NCBI RefSeq assembly: GCF_009914755.1
Contig: NC_060932.1
Source: the human T2T-CHM13v2.0 reference genome, Homo sapiens
Length of the DNA stretch: 64,000 nt
Reading direction: 5' to 3' (one strand)
The position numbers were made by a program, and so were the translations under genes. A model generated the notes under the pieces. That model was not told where the DNA came from, searched no databases, and saw only the letters and a list, made by a program, of their open reading frames with translations. Shown here piece by piece: positions 56,142 through 64,000 of this stretch; positions within the stretch are counted from its first letter, which is position 1, and each line of letters starts with the position of its first letter.

Positions 56142-56672
56142 TGTATTTGTTTGTTTTGAATTACTTGAGGCTGGGTAATTTATAAAGAAAAGAGGTTTCT
56201 TTGGCTCACCGTTCTGCAGGCTGCACAAGCATGGTACCAGCATATGCTCAGCTTCTGGAGAGGCCACAGGATATTTTACTCATGGCAAAGGGGCGGGGAG
56301 GCGGGGGGCAGATGTGTCATATGGCAAGAGAGAGAGTGAGAGAGAGAGGAGGAGATGCCAAGCTCCTTTAAACAACCAGCTGTCTTGTCAACTGAGGGAG
56401 TAAGAACTCACTCATTACCGTGGGGAAGGCAAGAACTACTAAGAATTAAATAAAACTATATTTAGTCTGTTGTCTTTCTCAATGGTCATCGACATACATT
56501 TGGTGGGGCCTGGTGGAAGCTGTTTGGGTCATGGGGGTGGATTCCTCATAAATGGCTTGGTATGGGGGATCCACCCCCACGGCCCATACACATTCTACCA
56601 GGCCCCACGTCCAACACTGGAGATCACATTTCAACGTGAGATTTGGAGGGGACAAATATTCGAACCATATCG
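56142..56672 (-). mobile_element. MaLR solo LTR (MSTB-like) carrying a complex internal insertion
   Basis: TGTATT...GCTGGGTAATTTATAAAGAAAAGAGG...GAGATTTGGAGGGGACAAATATTCGAACCATATCG; TSD ACAAG/GCAAG; about 130 nt of extra sequence at 56432-56560. Confidence 0.9.
56503..56608. repeat. Inverted repeat, 48-bp arms with 10-nt loop
   Basis: 56503-56550 versus 56561-56608: 40 of 48 Watson-Crick pairs, no gaps. Confidence 0.95.
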
Positions 56673-58013
56673 GCAAGTGTATCATTTTAAGCTTTTGAAA
56701 AAAAATGACAAAAAAAAGATCCAACTTTTTCTAAGATCATTAATATTCTTATGTAATAATAGGCTTCTTAGGACAATTTAGATAAAATTTGACTCTGGTG
56801 ATAGAAGAATACGAAAAAAACCAGAATAATTAATTCTACCTTTAAAATTTATTATTATGTTGCAGAGTGTCTTCACTGCTCTTTCATGTGTTTTGCAGAA
56901 AAAAGCAATCAAATATTTGTTTTTATGATGAACTATTTTTAAACCTTTTAGTTAATTATGCATCTTTTTTTAGGGAAGATAATGTCAAGATCTCAATGGT
57001 TGTCTTTAGCTAAACATAGATTCCCTTTGAGATTGTAATAATATAACAAAATTGTATTATTACTTACAAATAAATGAAATTTTTGCCTGGGGTTATGTTT
57101 GGTTTATTTATTTCCTTATTTATTCTTTGATTTGTTATTATATAACGTCAATGCTGGTATTACAATGAAATAAATTAGTTTCTCTGTGGAAAATTACCTT
57201 GGAACAGAACCAAACAAAAGTTTCCAAGTAATCTATCTGTCACCAGATGTCTATAAGTCACTTTGAGATTCCTGAAAGGAAGATGTTAGGCAAGTAATAT
57301 AATTTCTTGAAAAAAAGTCTTAATTAAATTAGACCTTCTGGCATGATGAAAAGTACTGCATGAAAAATTTAACTGAAGATAGAGGTAAATTTTATCCTCA
57401 ATTTATCAACACTATATGAGGTTCAGACACATGATAAAAATGGTGCCATGATATTCAACACTTTGAAAATCAACATTTTTGACACATCATTCTAAAAGCT
57501 GGAGGGGACCAAGGGAGAGGGAAGGAGATGCCAGGCTCCAGTCCTCTGGGTACCCAGAACTGAAGCCAGAGCTAAATTTGGTACCTGAGCTGATAAAGGT
57601 GCTTTCTAAAAGAGCAGTGGTTTGTATACATGTCTCATTTCTCTTTAAGTAGCACAATAGAGAAACTATTCAGAAGGAGAAAAAAAAACAGCAGACTAAT
57701 GTGAAGCAGAGTTATCTATGACCTTCTTATTCTTTTACAAGTGAGTATGACAGCTTTGAGCACCCTAATTTGTTTAATGAGTCAGTAAATAAGCTCAAAT
57801 TAAACAAAAATAAATAAATTGAAGACATTGCTATTTTTGTTACAAGTCTGTTCACGAGGGAGATTTCAACTGCTACGATCTTATTTAAATCAATTGATAT
57901 TAATTGGGGGTTTAAAAAATTTAAGTCAATGACCTGCGCCCTGCTGGAAATCTTTGGGGAGGCAAATTTCTAGCTACTTTGCAGAGACCAGTCTTTTAAG
58001 TGGGGAGTAAATT

Positions 58014-58504
58014 TGCAGGATGGCAGAATATGTGGCCCCAACCTATATTACATTGTTACAAGAATCACCTTGACCTAAAGACACTTGAGAAACAGTAGAT
58101 GTAAGAAGGGCATTTGAGTCTCCCCCTTTTCTCCCTGAAAACAGGAGATAAACTCCCATGTGAAAGATGCCCTCCCTCTACAAGACAAATGAATCATTCT
58201 TTGATGGAGAGTCAGAACTGAGAGGATTCTGCACAGACTTTCTTAGAATAATTCTTCTTCTTTAAGCTTCCACATATAACTTACATTTCCTCAATTGCCT
58301 CCTTTAGTTTAACCTAACTCAAAAGCATGTAGATTCTGTCATTTATTTGGGTCTCAAGAACCCTCTTTATGAGGGCTCTTGTGTCACATAAAACTCATCT
58401 TAAATGTATGTGCTTTTCTCCTATTAATCTATCTGATGTCATCTTAATTCTCAGAGTCAGCTTGGACACTAAGAGGACAGAGATAAAATTTTGCTTCCCC
58501 TACA
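58014..58504 (+). mobile_element. ERV1 solo LTR, MER34-family-like
   Basis: TG...CAGAATATGTGGCCCCAA...TTGAGAAACAG...AAATGTATGTGCTTTTCTCCTATTAATCT...TTCCCCTACA. Confidence 0.7.
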
Positions 58505-60006
58505 GGGTGCATAGAAGTGATGATGATATAAGGCAGAAAATATGTTTCATAAAATGAAAAAAATAAGTTGTATCTGTTGTAAGACATAACACACAGACAC
58601 TGCCTCAAGGAGAGGGAAGGCTCAAACGTGAAGGAATTAATAGGATAGTTGAGTGTTCACACAGATACTTCATCTTCAGAATTGAATTGTAAAGCTAAAG
58701 AATGGAATGGAAGATACGGAAAGTCAAATATTCAGATAATATTTATGGAATTGTAACCCAATAGTTTTTACCACATGCTTCCAAACCTTCATATTAATTC
58801 TTCCTTTTAAAAATTACATTTCCTGTTTTCTTTGATAGGCTCAGCTACTTGACTTAAGTTTATTTTTTAATAATTAAAAAAGCAAGAATCAAGAAAGAAA
58901 TCTTTTATTGGAAGATAGTAAAATAATAATAATCAGCTGGATAGAGATTCATGAATTAGAATTATCTAAAATGTCTATTTTCTTTTCTTTATGAATATAT
59001 TTCTCATTTTACAATCTGTGACTCAAAAGTGATACTTACTTTGCTCTTCCTCAACACTGAGTCTTTCCTCTATCCTTTTCAAATATCTTTATATTTAATC
59101 CATTAATATGCCTATCATTTTTATTCCCTTTGAGAAATAATCTTCACTATCTCAAATGGAGAGAGTAAATGAATATGTGGGTCTATGTGTGTTTGTGAAT
59201 GTATGAAATAGATTGTGGAATTGTTTCTAGGGGAAAATGACACTTTTAGAGATTATGGCTTTCTAAAAATTGTTTCTGGGAATAAAGATGTATCAGAGTG
59301 GCTTTAAATTCCATTTTATCAGTCTCAGTGCTGAAAGTTATACAAATCAATAATCAGTAATACATAAATAAAATTAACATGAATTAATGAAGAGTCCTCC
59401 AGTAATTTAGAGTGATTTATTTTGTCCTTTGCTGGAAAACATTTTCAGTGTAACATTCCTTCAAATGCAAATGGAACATTATTTTCTTGACAGAAGCCAT
59501 AAGCCTCCAATATAGAAAAAATTGCAGCAAAATTTGTGCAAGATTTTTCATAAAGAAATATTTCCATATGTAGTTGAAATCCTAATGTGACCTATGCCAC
59601 AAAAGACTGGAAACAATACAAATTTATATTACCGAGACTGACTAATAAAATACAGTATGTAAACACAATAGATTGCTATGTAGTCATTAAATGGGCAGAA
59701 AAAAATGGTTTTGATGCAAAAGCTTGTCACTCATGAGCCATTGCAGTACATATGCTATTTGCACTGTGTAAAATACAGGTAAATATGATATGTAAATATT
59801 ATGTCTTAAAAATTCTTAGTAATTCTTATTGCTCTAGGACAAGGCATCTATTTCTTTAAGGGAGGCATTAATAAGCCATTAAAAAATTATTTAGCATTTG
59901 TCCTTCAAATTTGGATTTTGAAAAACATTAGCTATGAAAACGTATGTCTTTCTATGCAAAAGTGAGGCTTTTCTTTTTTATTTTTTCCTATTATGGGAAA
60001 AGGTGT

Positions 60007-60374
60007 TGATATGGTTTGGCTCTGTGTCCCCACCCAAATCTCATCTCTAATTGTAATCCCCATGTGTTGAGGGAGGGAACTGTTGCCAGGTGATTGGATC
60101 ATGGGGTCAGTCTCCTCCATGCTGTTCTCATGATAGTGAGTGAGTTCTCATGAGATCTGATGCTTTACAAGTGTTTGGCATTTCCCTCTGTCCTCTCATT
60201 CTCCTGCTCCCTTATGAAAAAGGTGTTTGCTTCCCCTTCACCTTCTGCCGTGATTGTAAGTTTCCTGTGGTTTCCTCAGCCATAAGGAAGTGTGAGTCAA
60301 TTAAGTTTCTTCCCTTTATAACTTACCCAGACTCAGGGAAGTTCTTTATAGCACTGTGAGAATGGACTAATACA
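60007..60374 (+). mobile_element. MaLR solo LTR (MSTA/THE1D-like)
   Basis: TGATATGGTTTGGCTCTGTGTCCCCACCCAAATCTCATC...GAGAATGGACTAATACA. Confidence 0.92.
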
Positions 60375-60511
60375 GAGGTTTATGGAATTATAGCCACAAA
60401 GCTTGGATTAGTCAGAACCTAGATTATTTTCCCCCAAAGGCCATAGAATTGAAAGAATTCAGATATTTTTATGAGGACAGGTTTCTGCTTCAAAGATAAC
60501 AGGAAGGAGTT

Positions 60512-60835
<324 letters not shown>

Positions 60836-62749
60836 AAAAAGCAGATTTTTTAAAGAGGACAAAAAAGCCTCCTGGTCTGGGGAAAGAACTTAATCATAGG
60901 GATAGGAGAGCACAAGAGGGAGGCTGCACCCTGTGCCCTGCACCCCACATGCACCCTGCCTGGCACTCAGGGAGAGTGAACCTGCTGGGAGGGTGCATGC
61001 TGAGTGGGGGCCCTCCATAGAGCCTTGGAGGACCTAAATGAGAGGTCACAACATAATTTTTATAATGTTTTAAATAGTATGAAAGTTTATGATGTAATGT
61101 ACTTTGCTATTCCAACCTGAAAATATATTTCATAACATAATGTCACCTATTATTTTGATTTTATTGAACTGAAGGAAACTAGTAAGTTTATGAACGTACG
61201 ATTGGAACCATTTTTAGGTGGATAATTAACAAAAGAAATAGCAAAATACCCTAGTATAATATTGTCTCTTAGATAAAATCTATAAATCATGCTCTTTTGG
61301 GACCATGAAATTCAGGTAACTTGAACTGAAATGTATTGTATAACAACATCTAGGTGATATACTCTTGCAAATAGTATTTTGTTTCCTACTTGTATAACAA
61401 GAGCTGATAAATTCTTTCTTGCTATGCTCAATCATTAAAAACAAATCCTTCTAAATTTCAGAGCATGCAGAATTTGCAGGGGTATACGCCATTAAATCAT
61501 GTAAATGATATGCAAACTACTGTTAAAATAATTGCATCATTTTTAATATACTGGAATCATCTTCAAATTCCAAAGATTTAGACATAAGAATTATGGAGAG
61601 GGTTACAGGAAAGATGTGAGGATTAAACAGGGGTTTAATGAAGTTGGCCACTCTTTTCAAGGAATGAAATTGAGACTGAAATGGCAACCAATTCACATTA
61701 TCTACATGCTGTCAATTGAGGTTATCAAAACCAGTAAAAAGTACAAAAAAAAATCAAAATCTAGCAGATGTTATCTTGCCATGAAACAATTGAGTGATTT
61801 ATAGATGACATGACAGATTGATTTTTTTAGAAATTAAATTCATTGACAGTTTAAACTATGTCAGTTTAGGCACTGCCTTCAGTGAGTACAGGCCGCTCAC
61901 ACTCATTTGAAAGCATACTGTGAGTTAAGTAACAAACACTAGATTTAATCCTTCAGATTACATTACACTAAATTATGTCATCCAGAACAATTTCCCTAAT
62001 GTCCGTTGCTAAATTAAATGTGTTGTCAAGAAACTAATGAGATAAACTTGAACCTTTAGAACTGAAAATGAATTAAATCTCCAAACCAACTTGAAACACT
62101 ACTGGATTTTTAAACAGCACAGCAAAATATAAGAAATAAAAATTGAAGAACATATTTTTCCGTATAATTACAGTAATGAATATAATTCCCATATCAACCG
62201 CCTATAAATTTACACATCTCACCCTCCCAATACAGAATAAAAAAATGTAAACTAAAATTTCTAGCATGAACAAAGTTCTGTATATGCATTAACAGGGTAC
62301 ACATGATTGTATTTTTCTATTTATCTCTATATCATTTTATTCAGAAAAATATTTGTAGCCTTTTATCTTTCAAGATATATCTATTAAAGACTATTTAATA
62401 CTCTCCTTTTGTGAATAGTAGCTTGAACCATCAAAATTCAAACTGCAAATTTGTCTCACCACCTTTGATTCTACTTCATTTTTGAGTTGGTACTACCAAC
62501 AGTTCATAGTTGGAGTTAGAAAATTTTTTAAAAGAAGATGACTACAGAGGGAAAATGTGTAGATAAAAGAGAACAAGAGACTAATAAGTAGTTTTTGATA
62601 AGTGAAGAGAGTTAACATAAGTGGTGGGGGATACATTTGAAGCCCAGAGCATCTAATAAACTAAGAAAAATGAATAATAAAATATTTGAATAAAAACCAA
62701 ATTATATGTAATGTTGATGACTAAAATGTAAAATGACCCAAGCATTACA

Positions 62750-62877
62750 TGTTTTATCACTTTATATGTATATTTTATCACTTTATATATAGTGATAAAT
62801 ACATATCATTTTATATATACACATGTACACACATATGTGTGTGTATATATGTGTGTGTGTGTGTATATATATATATG
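62750..62877. repeat. TA/TG low-complexity tract
   Basis: Alternating (TG)n and (TA)n runs plus duplicated TTTTATCACTTTATAT. Confidence 0.8.
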
Positions 62878-63016
62878 AAAGCTTGTTACAAAAAGATTAA
62901 AAGTGAATTTTGTGGAAGTTTAACACAATGTAAAAAACATTTATAGTAGACATAATTATGACAGTAAAGGAGAAACATTATGACTGTACTACATTTGGAC
63001 ACTTTCTCCCATAAAC

Positions 63017-63378
63017 TGTTACATTAAATAAGCAGGAGGCCCTTAACCTGTTGACTCTGTACTTTGAATTCCTACATAACAAACTGCAATCTAACATAGT
63101 TTAGTTCAAACTAAGAATATAGCAAACAGCCAGATTTCAGCCAGTTGCAAGCAATGCACTCATCACACCAGCCCCAAATAAGGGAGATGCCCAGCTGTAG
63201 CCACTCAGGTGATTTCTCTTCTGTGCTCCTGTATCTGGCCCATAAAAGCTCACTGCTCTCACTGCTGGGTGGAGCTCTCTGAACCCCTTCTGCTTCTGAG
63301 TACTGCCTGATTCATAAATAGTTCTTTGCTCAAATAAACTGTGCTAAATTTAATTTGTCTAAAGTTTTTCTTTTAACA
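63017..63378 (+). mobile_element. ERV1 solo LTR, MER93/MER57-group
   Basis: TGTTA...GGAGGCC...GTTCTTTGCTCAAATAAACT...AATTTAATTTGTCTAAAGTTTTTCTTTTAACA terminus. Confidence 0.75.
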
Positions 63379-63852
63379 AGTATCAAGAATATAGTAAGAA
63401 AAAATACACTGAAAACTTTGTACATTTCTTTCACAGATGATGGATCCTAAAAGATTTTAAACATCACCCCGGAAGAACCCAGTAAGAGGTATGCTACCTG
63501 GGTCTTTGTCAGACAAAATTGTAAGTATTAAGTTTTGGGGAAATGTCCTTAAATAAAGCAATAGTTATAACAAGCTTGAGTACTGTTTCAAATATGTTTT
63601 ATCACAACCTAGAGTAAGAAATACTCTGTACCTCGCAACACAGAACATTTACATATATGTATAAATATTGAACTATTACATGTGCAAGTGTCAATTCTGT
63701 TTCATTTCATCCCATTCAATTCTATCCTGGGCCTATTCTCTCCTATCTCATTCCACTTTACTCTATTACACTTAGAATAAGTTCTGGCCACAGTCCAGCT
63801 CATGGATTAAGTAACTCACTAATGGGTCATGATTGTAGTATGGAAAACCCTG

Positions 63853-64000
63853 GGCTGGGCGCAGTGGCTCAGGCCTGTAATCCCAGCACTTTGGGAGGCT
63901 GAGGCGGGCAAATCACGAGGTCAAGAGATCAAGACCATCCTGGCTAACACAGTGAAACCTCATCTCTACTAAAAAATACAAAATTTAGCCGGGCGTGGGA
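63853..64000 (+). mobile_element. Alu (Sc/Y-like), cut by the window edge
   Basis: Left arm with ATCACGAGGTCAAGAGATC and the linker. Confidence 0.92.

Overview
Primate (almost certainly human) AT-rich genomic DNA lying inside the zeta-sarcoglycan gene SGCZ, which is transcribed on the minus strand. The only supportable host coding sequence is one 195-nt exon (2573-2767, minus) encoding MTREQY...KVMNFTV: cytoplasmic tail, transmembrane helix and the NFT glycosylation sequon. The rest is intron, filled with Alu, L1, L2, MIR, MaLR/ERV1 solo LTRs (including a complete LTR12 antisense to the gene) and DNA-transposon relics. I see no evidence of a wholly new gene system. The most unusual structures are: (i) a fossil multi-step templated insertion inside an MST LTR (56432-56608) that copied about 70 nt from 1.4 kb upstream and created a 48-bp hairpin; (ii) a candidate cryptic exon built around a (UG)22 tract (43221-43308); (iii) a twin-primed inverted L1; (iv) an L1-tip/Alu-right-arm composite; (v) an L1 with a multi-part tail suggesting 3' transduction; (vi) a very long AG-free zone before the SGCZ exon. 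Repeat subfamily names come from recall of consensus sequences, not from a database search, and the boundaries of old repeats are approximate.
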